Positions 28,715 through 38,201 of a stretch of 64,000 nt of DNA are shown here, in pieces. Origin of the DNA: Halobacteriales archaeon QH_10_67_22 (GTDB lineage: Archaea; Halobacteriota; Halobacteria; Halobacteriales; Haloarculaceae); contig PXQN01000058.1 of assembly GCA_003021305.1 (NCBI GenBank), forward strand, positions 633 to 64,632, written 5' to 3'. Position 1 is the stretch's first letter. The number at the start of each line of letters is the position of its first letter. Made by a program: the position numbers and the translations under genes. Below the pieces are notes generated by a model. That model saw nothing but the letters and a program-made list of their open reading frames with translations, made no database searches and was not told the origin of the DNA.

Positions 28715-29547
28715 CAGGGCGTCGCGCCGCCGACGAGAAAGAGCGTGAGGTTGTTGGCGGCCGGGCCCGTGCCGACGGCGGCGACGAGCACCACGAGGAG
28801 GTTGCCCTCGACCGGTTCCTCGGCGACGTAGTCGGCCAGCAGCACGACGATAGCGGCGGCGACGGCCAGTTTCACGAGGACGAACAGCCACCCCGTGCCC
28901 AGCAGGTCGGCGGTCGGCAGGCGGCCGGCGAAGGCCATGATCCGCTCGGGGATCGGCGAGCGCTCGCCGGTCCCCAGCAGGTCGACGCCGACGGCCGTCG
29001 AGACGCCGTCGAGCGCGTGGGCGAACACCACGACCACGCCACCGACGCCGATACGTTCGACGGCGGTGGGACGCTCGCGTTCGAGCAGGAAGTACACCGG
29101 CGCGGTGACGAGGGCGGCCCCCGCGACGCTGACGGGCGGCCAGGCCAGCGCGATACCGGCCCCCCGGCCGAGGGCCGCGGCGTAGGCGACGGCGACAAAG
29201 CCGACGAGGATGGCCCCACCGACCCAGCCGAAGACCCGCGTCGGGTCCGGGTCTGACTCCGTGCGGGCGGCCGCGGTGGCCCAGACCGCGCCCGCTATGA
29301 CGAACGTCGTGACGTAGACGGCCGGCGCCGTCGCGAGCGGGAGAGCCCACCCGGGAACGAGGCCGAGCTGTGCGAACCCGTGGACCCCGCCACCGAGCAC
29401 CATCCAGGGTGTCGCCGCCAGCACGACCCGGTCGGTGACGGGGGCCCCGAGTCGGACGAGTGCACCGACGACCGCGACCGTCCCGACGACCAGCGCCACC
29501 GCGTAGGGCAGTGGCGGGACGACCAGGCCGCTGGGTAACACCTGCAT
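28714..29547 (-). CDS. DUF63-family membrane protein
   Basis: MQVLPSGLVVPPLPYAVALVVG..., multi-TM. The start was taken at cat 29545-29547. Confidence 0.75.
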   Translation of the reverse strand: MQVLPSGLVVPPLPYAVALVVGTVAVVGALVRLGAPVTDRVVLAATPWMVLGGGVHGFAQLGLVPGWALPLATAPAVYVTTFVIAGAVWATAAARTESDPDPTRVFGWVGGAILVGFVAVAYAAALGRGAGIALAWPPVSVAGAALVTAPVYFLLERERPTAVERIGVGGVVVVFAHALDGVSTAVGVDLLGTGERSPIPERIMAFAGRLPTADLLGTGWLFVLVKLAVAAAIVVLLADYVAEEPVEGNLLVVLVAAVGTGPAANNLTLFLVGGATP

Positions 29548-29710
29548 ACCCGCAGGGGACGCACGGAGCGGCGAAAGCGTTCCGGTCGCTGGCGCTGTCG
29601 CATCCGGCGGGCCGTCGGGCCGGGGACGCGACGAGATGAAAGCAGTTATTCGGGGAGACACACAACGGCAGGCCACCGACTATGCGAGGCGAACACACAC
29701 GGGTGAGACA

Positions 29711-30889
29711 ATGCGCATCGTAGTGAAGTTCGGCGGGACGAGTCTGGGCAACGGCGACCGCGTGACGCGAGCGGCCGACTCCATCGCCGAGGCGGTCCGC
29801 CAGGGCCACGAGGTGGCCGTCGTCGCCAGCGCCATGGGCAACACGACCGACGAGCTGCTGGAGGGCATCCAGTACGATGCGACCGAGGAGGCCCGTGCCG
29901 AGATAGTCAGCATGGGCGAGCGCACGTCGGTCCGGATGCTCGCCGGCGCGCTCGAAGCAAGGGGGATCGCTGCGCGGTTCTACGAACCCGGGCTCGCGGA
30001 CTGGCCGATCATCACCGACGAGTACGGCGAGGTCGACGTCGAGGAGACGACCGGCCGCGCCGAGCGGTTGGCCGCTACGCTTCCGGACACCGTCCCGGTC
30101 ATCACCGGGTTTCTCGCCCAGGACCACGACGGTGAAATAACGACGCTGGGTCGGGGTGGCTCGGACACGACCGCGGTCATGCTGGGCAAGTACGTGGACG
30201 CCGACGAGGTAGTCATCGTCACCGACGTCGAGGGGGTCATGACCGGCGACCCGCAGGTCGTGGAGGGGGCCCGCAACGTCGGCGAGATCAGCGTCGACGA
30301 ACTCCGCTCGCTGTCGTTTCGCGGCGCGGAGGTCGTCGCGCCCTCCGCGCTGTCGTACAAGAACGCCGACCTGGCGGTGCGGGTCATCCACTACCAGCAC
30401 GACGACCTGCTGACCGGCGGCACCACCATCGAGGGCGAGTTCCAGAACCTCATCGACCTCCAGGAACACCCGCTGTGCTGTATCACGGTCGCCGGCCGGG
30501 CGATCCGCAACAGTCCCGGCATCCTCGCGGAACTGTCGGGCGCGCTGGGCGACGCCGGGATCAACATCGAGGCCAACTCCTCGGGGATGGACTCGCTGAC
30601 CTTCTACGTCGACGAGACCGACGCCGAGGAGTCCGAGAACATCCTCCACGAACAGGTCAAAGCCGACGAGACGCTCGCTTCGGTCACCGTCGAGGACGAC
30701 ATCGCCGTGGTGCGGGTGACCGGGAGCGACCTCCCCAACCAGCCCGGCGTCGTCAAACAGGTGACCGACCCGCTGGCCGACGCCCACATCCACCTCTTCG
30801 ACGTGATCACGTCCGCCAGCTCCGTCTCCGTGTTCGTCCCCTGGGAAGACCGCGAGCAGGCGCTCGAACTCATCCAGGACGTGTTCTGA
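29711..30889 (+). CDS. lysC: aspartate kinase
   Basis: MRIVVKFGGTSLGN, VVASAMGNTTDEL, LGRGGSDTTAV and C-terminal ACT repeats. Confidence 0.92.
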   Translation: MRIVVKFGGTSLGNGDRVTRAADSIAEAVRQGHEVAVVASAMGNTTDELLEGIQYDATEEARAEIVSMGERTSVRMLAGALEARGIAARFYEPGLADWPIITDEYGEVDVEETTGRAERLAATLPDTVPVITGFLAQDHDGEITTLGRGGSDTTAVMLGKYVDADEVVIVTDVEGVMTGDPQVVEGARNVGEISVDELRSLSFRGAEVVAPSALSYKNADLAVRVIHYQHDDLLTGGTTIEGEFQNLIDLQEHPLCCITVAGRAIRNSPGILAELSGALGDAGINIEANSSGMDSLTFYVDETDAEESENILHEQVKADETLASVTVEDDIAVVRVTGSDLPNQPGVVKQVTDPLADAHIHLFDVITSASSVSVFVPWEDREQALELIQDVF

Positions 30890-30916
30890 CGCGCCGACCC
30901 TGACGGCGCTCCACCG

Positions 30917-31618
30917 TCACTGGCCCGAGTGTAACCTGGCGCCGATGCGTTCGGGCAGGCCGGCGTCGGCGACCGCCTCGACGACGCGCTCGACGTCGTA
31001 CTCGACGCGCCTGGCCTCGATAGTGTACTCGTCGAAATCGAGCACCGCGTAGGCCGCCCGCGGGTCGTCGTCGCGGGGTTGGCCGACGCTGCCCGGGTTC
31101 ATCACGAGCCCCTCCTCGAAGATGGCGTGGCCCTGGACGTGCGTGTGTCCCATCACGAGAACGTCCTCGTCACCCAGCATGTCGCTGTCGTACTCCTCGG
31201 GATAGGTGTAGCGGTCCGGGTCGACCGGATGCCCGTGGACGAGTTTCAGCCGGTCGTCACAGACGACGCGCTGTTCTGGCAGGTCGGTCAGCCACCCGAG
31301 CGCGTCGTCCGAGAGCGTCTCGTGAGCGTGTTCGACGCCGGCCGCGGCCATCCGGTTGAACCCGTAGGCCTGGTCGAACGCGACCGCCCGGTCGTGGTTG
31401 CCCATCACCGTCGGAATCTCGCCAGACAGAGTCTCGGCCGCCTCGTCACCGAGTGGTTCCGTCTCCCCCCGCATCACCGCGACGCACTCGGCGTGCCACG
31501 GGTTGTACCCGACGACGTCGCCGGCACAGACCAGCCGGTCGACATCGGGCATGTCCCCGAGCACCGCGTCGAGCGCCACGAGGTTCCCGTGCACGTCCGC
31601 GATTACCCCGACTTCCAT
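30917..31618 (-). CDS. metallophosphoesterase (YfcE/MJ0936-like)
   Basis: VIADVHGN...CAGDVVGY...GNHD...VHGHP...MGHTH metal-binding motifs. Confidence 0.88.
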   Translation of the reverse strand: MEVGVIADVHGNLVALDAVLGDMPDVDRLVCAGDVVGYNPWHAECVAVMRGETEPLGDEAAETLSGEIPTVMGNHDRAVAFDQAYGFNRMAAAGVEHAHETLSDDALGWLTDLPEQRVVCDDRLKLVHGHPVDPDRYTYPEEYDSDMLGDEDVLVMGHTHVQGHAIFEEGLVMNPGSVGQPRDDDPRAAYAVLDFDEYTIEARRVEYDVERVVEAVADAGLPERIGARLHSGQ

Positions 31619-31708
31619 AGGGTCTCCTGGCCGCTCCGCCCTCTTAATCTTTCACCCGGTAGCGACATGCCGGTCGAACGCGACCGCCCCGCCGGGGAGC
31701 AGGTCGGG

Positions 31709-32323
31709 CTAGTCCCCGTTGACGATGGCGCTCCGGAAGCCGTCGACTGCGGTCCCGTCGACGCCGACCGCACAGACCGCGTGTTCGAAATCCAGATCGT
31801 AGGCCTCGCGAGCGGCCGCCGGCGCGTCCGTCGCCGCGAACTCGAACGACTCTGGGCTGTCTTTCTCGTAGGTCGCGACCAGCGTCGGTTCGGTCACCGC
31901 CTCGACGAGCACCGCGTCACGGCGGACGGTCCCGACGAACGCACCCGGCCCGTCGCCGTCCGTGCTCGGGTCGTCCGCCGGAACCCCGACGATACCGGCC
32001 ACGCGGGGCGTGTCGTAGTCGTCTTTCTCGAAATCGAGTGCGAGCAGCGGTTCGACCAGCGCGTCCCTGGCCGGATAGCCGAGTTCGAGTTTCTCCGCGA
32101 TCGGGTCGACGTGGGAGCCGTTGCCCACGACCGCCCCCCTGGCCGTGGTGCGCAGGCAGTTGTAAGCGATGTAGGGGTTGTCCGATTCGGGGGCCTCGGC
32201 GGTCGGACCCACCGTGACAGTGCCAGGGTCGGTACCGCGGGCGCGCCTGTTCGGAAACGACCGCGAAGACACGCGGTAGGCCCCGACCGACGGTGCGACG
32301 ACGACGAACCGTCCGACGTACAT
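31709..32323 (-). CDS. purO: archaeal IMP cyclohydrolase
   Basis: MYVGRFVVV...[11 protein letters not shown]...NPYIAYNC...GNGSHVDPI. The start was taken at cat 32321-32323. Confidence 0.85.
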   Translation of the reverse strand: MYVGRFVVVAPSVGAYRVSSRSFPNRRARGTDPGTVTVGPTAEAPESDNPYIAYNCLRTTARGAVVGNGSHVDPIAEKLELGYPARDALVEPLLALDFEKDDYDTPRVAGIVGVPADDPSTDGDGPGAFVGTVRRDAVLVEAVTEPTLVATYEKDSPESFEFAATDAPAAAREAYDLDFEHAVCAVGVDGTAVDGFRSAIVNGD

Positions 32324-32390
32324 ACCCGTCTCTCCCGCCCGCCCGCACAAGGCAATGTCGGTTCGAGGGGTGTGGCCCCGTCGAACAACC

Positions 32391-32983
32391 CATCGTGTTA
32401 ACTTTGGCATCGGTTCCACCAGACTGCGAAGGCTTTGAGCCAGGATTCTGCTGTCGCCGGATCGACGTGGCTAAACGTATTTGAAAACGATGAGGTTCGT
32501 CGTTTTATTTCACGAAAGACACGTTCGACACTATTCCGATTTCCGTGGCGACGGATGTGAAATCGGAGCCCGAGTCGCGACAGTGCCGCTTGGAGATGAT
32601 CGGCGTCATCAATGAGAAACGTTGCATCGTCAATGTCATGTTTCACAGCCAGTAGCGCTCGGTCCCGAGCTGAATTACGGTCTCGTCCAACGCAACGTAA
32701 TTCGAGGACCTGGTGCCTGTCGGCTGTAGGTCGGCTTTTTGCACCCAGTTGTGGATGGCTGTGCGGCTGCGTTGGACACCCAAATTCTCAAGATGTTGTT
32801 TTGTATTCGAAAGTGATAGTCCGGCCAGATGTAGCTGAATACCCACTTCAACGATCCGCTCGGGTGTCCGCTCACGCTCCATAAACTCCAAATCAATCCA
32901 GTCGCTATCTCCGCTGAGGCGGTCGATTTCGGACATGGAACATTCGAAACACCGACCGCCTCGTCCTTATCTTAACACGACGC
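32391..32983 (-). mobile_element. IS6-family insertion sequence remnant flanked by an 8-bp direct repeat
   Basis: Low-GC block. GAACAACC occurs at 32383-32390 and 32984-32991. Terminal inverted TCGTGTTAA / TTAACACGA at 32393-32401 and 32972-32980. It encloses a broken IS6-type transposase. Confidence 0.75.
32398..32936 (-). pseudogene. IS6-family transposase with an internal deletion and frame break
   Basis: ORF 32643-32936 (...NYVALDETVIQLGTERYWL*) and ORF 32398-32646 (KHDIDDATFLIDDADHLQAAL...) are the N- and C-terminal parts. About 40-45 codons of the DDE core between them are missing. Confidence 0.75.
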
Positions 32984-33002
32984 GAACAACCCGCCCGAAT
33001 CT

Positions 33003-33009
33003 TTAAATC
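33003..33009 (+). promoter_or_regulatory. TATA-like box (TTTAAAT) for the Cas4-like gene
   Basis: Centred 27 nt upstream of ATG 33033. Confidence 0.4.
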
Positions 33010-33032
33010 CGAACCCGGGGCCATCGCGGGCC

Positions 33033-33683
33033 ATGCACACGTTTCGCGCGCTGGAGACGGCGGCCTACTGCCCGCGCAAGCTCTACTACCGGGAACGCGA
33101 CCCCGATATCGAGGGGCCACCCCCCGAAATCGAGCGCAAGCGCGAACTGGCCTTCCAGTACGAGCGACTCCTGACCGACGACGAGTTGCTCGCGGACGCA
33201 CCCGTCGCGGTCACGCCGACGCAGTACCGCTCGCGACTCGGGCAGGCGCGGGCACGACTCGACGACTGGGCGGCGCTGGCCGACCCGCCAGACCGGGACG
33301 TGCTCCTGACCGGGAAGGACGCCCGCGGTATCGCACACAAGGTGCTCGCGGACCCGCCGCGGCCGTCGCTCGTCTTCGGGGGCGACCCGCCCGACTGCGG
33401 GGTCTGGGAGCCCCAGACCGTGCGGCTGGTCGCCGCGGCGAAGGCCCTGGCCTGGGAACGGGAGTGTCCGGTCGAGACCGCCTTCGCTGAGTACCCCGCC
33501 CACGGCGTCGTCCGCCGGGTGGCGCTGACGACCCGGCGGAATGCGGCCTACCGGTCGGCGCTCCGGACGGCCCGAGCACTCGACGGACCGCCGGCCCGGA
33601 CCGACGACCGGGCGAAGTGTGACCCCTGCGAGTACCGGAGCCAGTGTGGCGTGCGGACGCGGTCGCTCAAGTCGCTGCTGTAG
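33033..33683 (+). CDS. Cas4/Dna2-like PD-(D/E)xK nuclease with a 4-Cys cluster (orphan, no CRISPR nearby)
   Basis: N-terminal Cys (AAYCPRKLYY) plus C-terminal CDPCEYRSQC, the typical Cas4/DUF83 arrangement. Confidence 0.65.
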   Translation: MHTFRALETAAYCPRKLYYRERDPDIEGPPPEIERKRELAFQYERLLTDDELLADAPVAVTPTQYRSRLGQARARLDDWAALADPPDRDVLLTGKDARGIAHKVLADPPRPSLVFGGDPPDCGVWEPQTVRLVAAAKALAWERECPVETAFAEYPAHGVVRRVALTTRRNAAYRSALRTARALDGPPARTDDRAKCDPCEYRSQCGVRTRSLKSLL

Positions 33684-33747
33684 CGGTCGGCCCCGACGAG
33701 AGTCGATCGCCGTGCCAGGGACGGTCAGTCCTCGTGAGCGCCGAGTC

Positions 33748-33829
33748 ATAGTGATTATTGTAGCGATTTACCGGTACGACCGCACGCAGTCGTGCGGTCG
33801 ATCCGGAACGGACCTACAATAATCACTAT
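33748..33829. mobile_element. MITE-like element, family B, copy B3 (82 bp)
   Basis: Same TIRs as B1/B2 and about 90% identical. The hairpin stem is kept while the loop differs. It abuts the tsaC stop codon (TCA at 33829-33831). Confidence 0.8.
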
Positions 33830-34419
33830 CAGCCCTCGCGGTCGGCGAGCCAGGCCTCGATGGCGTCGGCGCCGGCGCCCCGGCGGTGGACGACGCCGCG
33901 TTCGACGTCGACGACCGTGCTCTCGGAGCCGGGCGTCTCGCCGTTGTCGAGGACGACCGCCACCGCGTCCCGGACCCGGTCGCCGAGTTCGGCGACCCGG
34001 CGGACGCTCCCGGTCCCGCTCTCGTTGGCGCTGGTGGCCGTCACGGGCGTCCCGGCCGCCCGGTAGAACTCGCGGGCCAGGTCGTGGTCGGGAACGCGCA
34101 CACCGACGCGGTCGCGCCCGGCAGTCAGGGCGTCGGGGACCGCCTCGCCCCGGTCGACGACGACCGTCACCGGGCCGGGGAGGAACTCGCGCATGAACGC
34201 CAGGTCCCGGTCGGTCGGGCGGGTGTACTCGCGGGCGGTCGCGACGTCGGGGACGCCCAGCGAGAGCGGGTTGTCGCGGGGCCGGCCCTTGGTCTCGTAG
34301 ACCCGTTCGACAGCGGTGGGGTCGGTGGCGTCGGCGCCCAGGCCGTACACCGTCTCCGTCGGGTAGACCACGAGGTCGCCGTCGGCGACTGCCGCGCCCG
34401 CCCGGTCGACGTCTGTCAT
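33829..34419 (-). CDS. tsaC: L-threonylcarbamoyladenylate synthase (Sua5/YrdC/TsaC family)
   Basis: VVYPTETVYGLGADA...KGRPRDNPLSL...VGVRVPDH...ATSANESG. Confidence 0.88.
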   Translation of the reverse strand: MTDVDRAGAAVADGDLVVYPTETVYGLGADATDPTAVERVYETKGRPRDNPLSLGVPDVATAREYTRPTDRDLAFMREFLPGPVTVVVDRGEAVPDALTAGRDRVGVRVPDHDLAREFYRAAGTPVTATSANESGTGSVRRVAELGDRVRDAVAVVLDNGETPGSESTVVDVERGVVHRRGAGADAIEAWLADREG

Positions 34420-34443
34420 CGTCGGGGATCGGCCGGTCGCGGG

Positions 34444-34450
34444 CAAAAAC
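34444..34450 (-). terminator. oligo-T tract downstream of the redoxin gene
   Basis: On the minus strand, GTTTTTG lies 8-14 nt after stop 34458-34460. Archaeal terminators are typically T-runs. Confidence 0.3.
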
Positions 34451-34457
34451 CTGCCGT

Positions 34458-35012
34458 CTAGAGGCCGTCGAGTGCGGCCCCGAGTTCGTCGTAGTCGGGG
34501 AACTCGGGCCACTCGCTCGCGACCCAGGCGTACTGGACGACCCGTTCGCCGTCGAGGACGAACACGGCCGGCCGTGGTTCGCTGACGCCGGCCATCCCGT
34601 CGAGGTCGTTCGCGATGCCGTAGGATTCGGCGACGCCGTTCGCGGGGTCCGAGAAAACGCGGGCATCGACGCCCCGCTCTTCGAGCAGGGTCTTGTGCTC
34701 GTAGGGCGTCGAGATCGAGAGCCCGACGAGTTCGTACGCGCGGTCGTCCGCCTCACCGTCTTCGTCCTCGCCCTCGCGCGTGCTCGGGAGCCAGCCGCGG
34801 TCGCGGAACTCGTTGTACATGTAGGTCGTCGGGAAGGCCCCGTCCATCGGGTGGAAGACCAGCACGACGGGCCCCTCGTCGGTCAGGTCCGACAGCGCAG
34901 TATCCTCCCAGTACTCGGGGCCGACCAGCGGGCGCTCGAAGTCGGGGGCCTGCTCGCCGACCGCGGGGTGGTCGGCCGGGGCCAGTTCGACGACGTCGAA
35001 CTCGACCATCAC
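34458..35012 (-). CDS. peroxiredoxin/redoxin-fold protein lacking any cysteine
   Basis: AhpC/TSA-like layout (GEQAPDFERPL...VVLVFHPMDGAFPTTY...VFVLDGERVV), but there is no Cys anywhere in the 184 aa. Confidence 0.7.
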   Translation of the reverse strand: MMVEFDVVELAPADHPAVGEQAPDFERPLVGPEYWEDTALSDLTDEGPVVLVFHPMDGAFPTTYMYNEFRDRGWLPSTREGEDEDGEADDRAYELVGLSISTPYEHKTLLEERGVDARVFSDPANGVAESYGIANDLDGMAGVSEPRPAVFVLDGERVVQYAWVASEWPEFPDYDELGAALDGL

Positions 35013-35266
35013 GAGCCCTCCCCGTACGTGCGGTCGAGGTAGTCGACGATGTTGGCGCTCTCGGACATGGTGACGCCGGTCGACTCGTCGACGATGGCTG
35101 GGACGGTCCGCTTGCCGGTGAGTCGCCTGACGACGTCCCGGTCGCTGTGCATCGGTTCGACGAACCGCGACCGGTAGTCCAGGCCGTGTTCGTCCAGCGT
35201 CCGGACGACGCGTTCACAGAACGGACAGGCCTGCAACCGGTACAGCGTGATCTCGGGGTCGCTCAT
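35009..35266 (-). CDS. glutaredoxin-like protein
   Basis: ITLYRLQACPFCERV (CPFC) and TVPAIVDE. Its stop overlaps the redoxin start (ATGA). Confidence 0.85.
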   Translation of the reverse strand: MSDPEITLYRLQACPFCERVVRTLDEHGLDYRSRFVEPMHSDRDVVRRLTGKRTVPAIVDESTGVTMSESANIVDYLDRTYGEGS

Positions 35267-35377
35267 GACGCCCGGACGTAGGGCCGAACGGCGTGTAAGC
35301 CCTTCGGCAGGCACGGCAGACTCGCCGGTCCGGTCCCGCCCGAGCGTTTAAACCGGAACGGTCGGTCACCGCCCCGT

Positions 35378-35917
35378 GTGACCGCGAATCGAGCGAGCGA
35401 GCGTGGGGTGAGTCCGGTCGTCGGGGTCGCCGTACTGGTCGGGATCACGGTCGTCCTCGCGGCAGTGACCGGTGGGTTCGTGGCGTTCGGGGTGGCGACG
35501 ACCGAGACGGCACCGCAGGCGAGCGTCGCGGCGACGGCCGACGCGACCGACGGCTGGCCCGACGGGCAGCGACTGCGACTGACCCACGCCGCGGGCGACC
35601 CGCTGGTCGTGGCGGACCTGGCGCTGGTCGTCACCGTCGACCGTGGGGACGTCCACGCCCGTCTGACGGGCCTTCCGACGCGGCGACTGACGGCCGACAA
35701 CGTCCGGGGGACGGACGTGTTCGACAGCGGGTTCGCGGGCGTCGACGGGGCCCTGGACGCCGCCCATACCGACGGCGAATGGACCAGCGGCGAGACAGCG
35801 TCGGTCAGGATCGCACAGGGTGACCTGGACCTGCATCCCGGCGACCGGGTCGCTGTCCGAATCGTCCACCGGCCGACGAACGCGGTGCTCGCGCGAGAGG
35901 CGACGGTCGCGAGTTGA
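35378..35917 (+). CDS. archaeal type IV pilin-like protein (DUF1628 type)
   Basis: Class III signal sequence ERGVSPVVGVAVLVGITVVLAA. GTG start about 27 nt downstream of GTTTAAAC. Confidence 0.75.
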   Translation: MTANRASERGVSPVVGVAVLVGITVVLAAVTGGFVAFGVATTETAPQASVAATADATDGWPDGQRLRLTHAAGDPLVVADLALVVTVDRGDVHARLTGLPTRRLTADNVRGTDVFDSGFAGVDGALDAAHTDGEWTSGETASVRIAQGDLDLHPGDRVAVRIVHRPTNAVLAREATVAS

Positions 35918-35977
35918 GCCGTCTCGGCGCGTCCCATGACAAGTCTTAATCCCTCGGGGTCGCAAGTTCGCCCGTCG

Positions 35978-37354
35978 ATGTTACCATCGGTAGCCGTGTC
36001 GCCCGGCATCGGGGGCGCCCTCCAGTCGTCGGTCGACCTGTTCGGCGTCACGGTCCCCGAGACGCTGTTCGTGGCGAGCGGCGTGCTGACTATCCTCGTG
36101 CTGATCGGCCTCTCGGCGTTCTTTTCGTCTTCGGAGATCGCCATGTTCTCCTTGCCGCCCCACCGACTGGAGGGGCTCGTCGACGACGGCTTCCGCGGGG
36201 CACGCACACTCCGTGACCTCAAGGCGGACCCCCACCGCCTGCTGGTGACGATCCTGGTCGGCAACAACCTCGTCAACATCGCGATGTCGTCGATCGCGAC
36301 CGGGTTGCTCGGCTTCTACATGAGTCAGGGACAGGCCGTCCTGGCGGCGACGTTCGGGATCACGGCGCTGGTCCTGCTGTTCGGCGAGAGCGCGCCGAAG
36401 TCCTACGCCGTCGAGAACACCGAGTCGTGGGCGCTCCGGATCGCTCGCCCGCTGAAGCTCGCCGAGCGAGTGCTCCTGCCGCTCATCGTCCTGTTCGACT
36501 ATCTGACCCGGATCGTCAACAAGGTGACCGGCGGGCGCTCGGCGATCGAGTCCTCTTATGTCACCCGCGAGGAGATCCAAGACATCATCGAAACCGGCGA
36601 GCGCGAGGGCGTCTTAGACGAGGAAGAACGCGAGATGCTCCAGCGGACGCTCCGGTTCAACAACACCATCGCCAAGGAGGTGATGACGCCCCGACTGGAC
36701 ATGAACGCCATCTCGGTCGAGGACTCGATCGCCGAGGCGATCGAGCAGTGTATCCACAGCGGTCACGCCCGTCTGCCCGTCTACGAGGGGAGTCTGGACA
36801 ACGTCATCGGCGTCGTCCACATCCGTGACCTGGTCCGTGACCGCAACTACGGCGAGGCGAGCGACGAACAGCTCGAACTCGAGGACCTTATCGAACCGAC
36901 GCTGCACGTGCCCGAGTCGAAAAACGTCGACGACCTCCTCACCGAGATGCGCCACGAACGCCTCCACATGGTGATCGTCATCGACGAGTTCGGCACTACC
37001 GAGGGGTTGGTGACGATGGAGGACCTCACCGAGGAGATCGTCGGCGAGATCCTCGAAGGCGGCGAGGAGGTCCCCATCGAGTTCGTCGACGACGACACGG
37101 CCATCGTGAAAGGCGAGGTCAACATCGAGCAGGTCAACGACGCCCTCGAGATCGACCTCCCCGAGGGCGAGGAGTTCGAGACCATCGCCGGGTTCATCTT
37201 CAACCGGGTCGGCCGCCTCGTCGAACAGGGCGAGGTCATCACCTACGACGGCGTCGAGATCCTCGTCGAACAGGTCGAAAACACCCGGATCACGAAAGCG
37301 CGCATCCACCGGACCGACGCCTACGACCCCGACGCCGACGGCGACACCGTTTAG
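35978..37354 (+). CDS. CNNM/HlyC-CorC family transporter (DUF21 + CBS pair + CorC_HlyC)
   Basis: FFSSSEIAMFSL and LLFGESAPKSYA motifs, a CBS pair and a C-terminal CorC domain. ATG 35978 fits the TATA-like CTTAAT spacing (alternative start 35936). Confidence 0.88.
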   Translation: MLPSVAVSPGIGGALQSSVDLFGVTVPETLFVASGVLTILVLIGLSAFFSSSEIAMFSLPPHRLEGLVDDGFRGARTLRDLKADPHRLLVTILVGNNLVNIAMSSIATGLLGFYMSQGQAVLAATFGITALVLLFGESAPKSYAVENTESWALRIARPLKLAERVLLPLIVLFDYLTRIVNKVTGGRSAIESSYVTREEIQDIIETGEREGVLDEEEREMLQRTLRFNNTIAKEVMTPRLDMNAISVEDSIAEAIEQCIHSGHARLPVYEGSLDNVIGVVHIRDLVRDRNYGEASDEQLELEDLIEPTLHVPESKNVDDLLTEMRHERLHMVIVIDEFGTTEGLVTMEDLTEEIVGEILEGGEEVPIEFVDDDTAIVKGEVNIEQVNDALEIDLPEGEEFETIAGFIFNRVGRLVEQGEVITYDGVEILVEQVENTRITKARIHRTDAYDPDADGDTV

Positions 37355-37379
37355 TTTCGAGCGGTCGTCTGACGGCCAT

Positions 37380-37567
37380 TCAGCCGTCGAAGTCGACGCC
37401 CTCGCTTTCCAGCACCGAACGGTCGGCTCGCCGTCGTCGTCGGCCCACTCGCGCAACGGGTCGGCCCGCACCCGGTAGGCCGGGACGTTGTGGGTCGCGT
37501 CGGCGTACTCCTCGCGGACGCCATCGACGAAGGCCTCGGCCTCTGCCACCGTCCGCGCCGGGATCAC
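37380..37567 (-). pseudogene. YigZ/IMPACT (UPF0029) family remnant
   Basis: The frame reads IPARTVAEAEAFVDGVREEYADATHNVPAYRVRADPLREWADDDGEP. It then jumps frame near 37420-37430 to ...RSVLESEGVDFDG*. The N-terminus, about 100 central codons and the C-terminus are missing. Confidence 0.6.
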
Positions 37568-37893
37568 CCGTCGGACCGTCGCCGGCCCCAGACCCGTTTG
37601 TCGGGTATCCGGACGTGCATGCCGTCGCGGACGCGGATCTGACAGGAGAGCCGCGGGTAGCCAAAGCGGTCGGCGAGGTCGTCGTGCCAGTGCTCGGGGT
37701 CTGGCGGGTCGACCAGGCGGACGCCACAGGTCGCACAGAGGCCCCGCCCCCCGCAGTTCGTCACGGCCCACCGACTGTGCGGGGAGCGGCCGGCCTCCAG
37801 GAGCACGTCGCGCAGGACGGCACCGGCCTCGGCGGTCACCTCGTAGCGCTCGTCGTCGGGCGTCTCGACGGTGACGGTGACGTGCTCGACCAT
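37564..37893 (-). CDS. 2Fe-2S ferredoxin-like protein
   Basis: NCGGRGLCATCGV...LSCQI cysteine pattern. The start was taken at MVEHVTV. Confidence 0.75.
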   Translation of the reverse strand: MVEHVTVTVETPDDERYEVTAEAGAVLRDVLLEAGRSPHSRWAVTNCGGRGLCATCGVRLVDPPDPEHWHDDLADRFGYPRLSCQIRVRDGMHVRIPDKRVWGRRRSDG

Positions 37894-38201
37894 CTCCCGG
37901 GGTTCGGGTCGCCAGCGTAAGGTGTCTGTCGGTCCGGCGGGGCCGTACGCGGCCACGGGGGGCGGAGACGGCCCACCCGCGGCGAAGACCGGCCAGCCAC
38001 GCGAGCGTGGCGGCGACGAGGAGCGCCACCGCGGAGACGGCGACGGCGCGTTCGGCCGCCGAGTCGGCGCCGAGCAGGACGGCCGCGACGACGGCGCCGA
38101 GCAGGACCAGGGCCGCGACGGCCGCTATCGCCGAGACGTCGACCTACCGGAGCGGTGGCTGGTCGGTCACGTCCGTGACGACGGTCGAGACAGGGAAGAA
38201 C

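Noticed and set aside
37930-38145. Minus-strand frame encoding two hydrophobic helices (…SAIAAVAALVLLGAVVAAVLLG…VALLVAATLAWLAGL…)
   Set aside because: No start codon follows the upstream in-frame TAG except an internal GTG. The frame runs on through the ferredoxin gene out of frame. It could be another remnant, but there is not enough support to call it.
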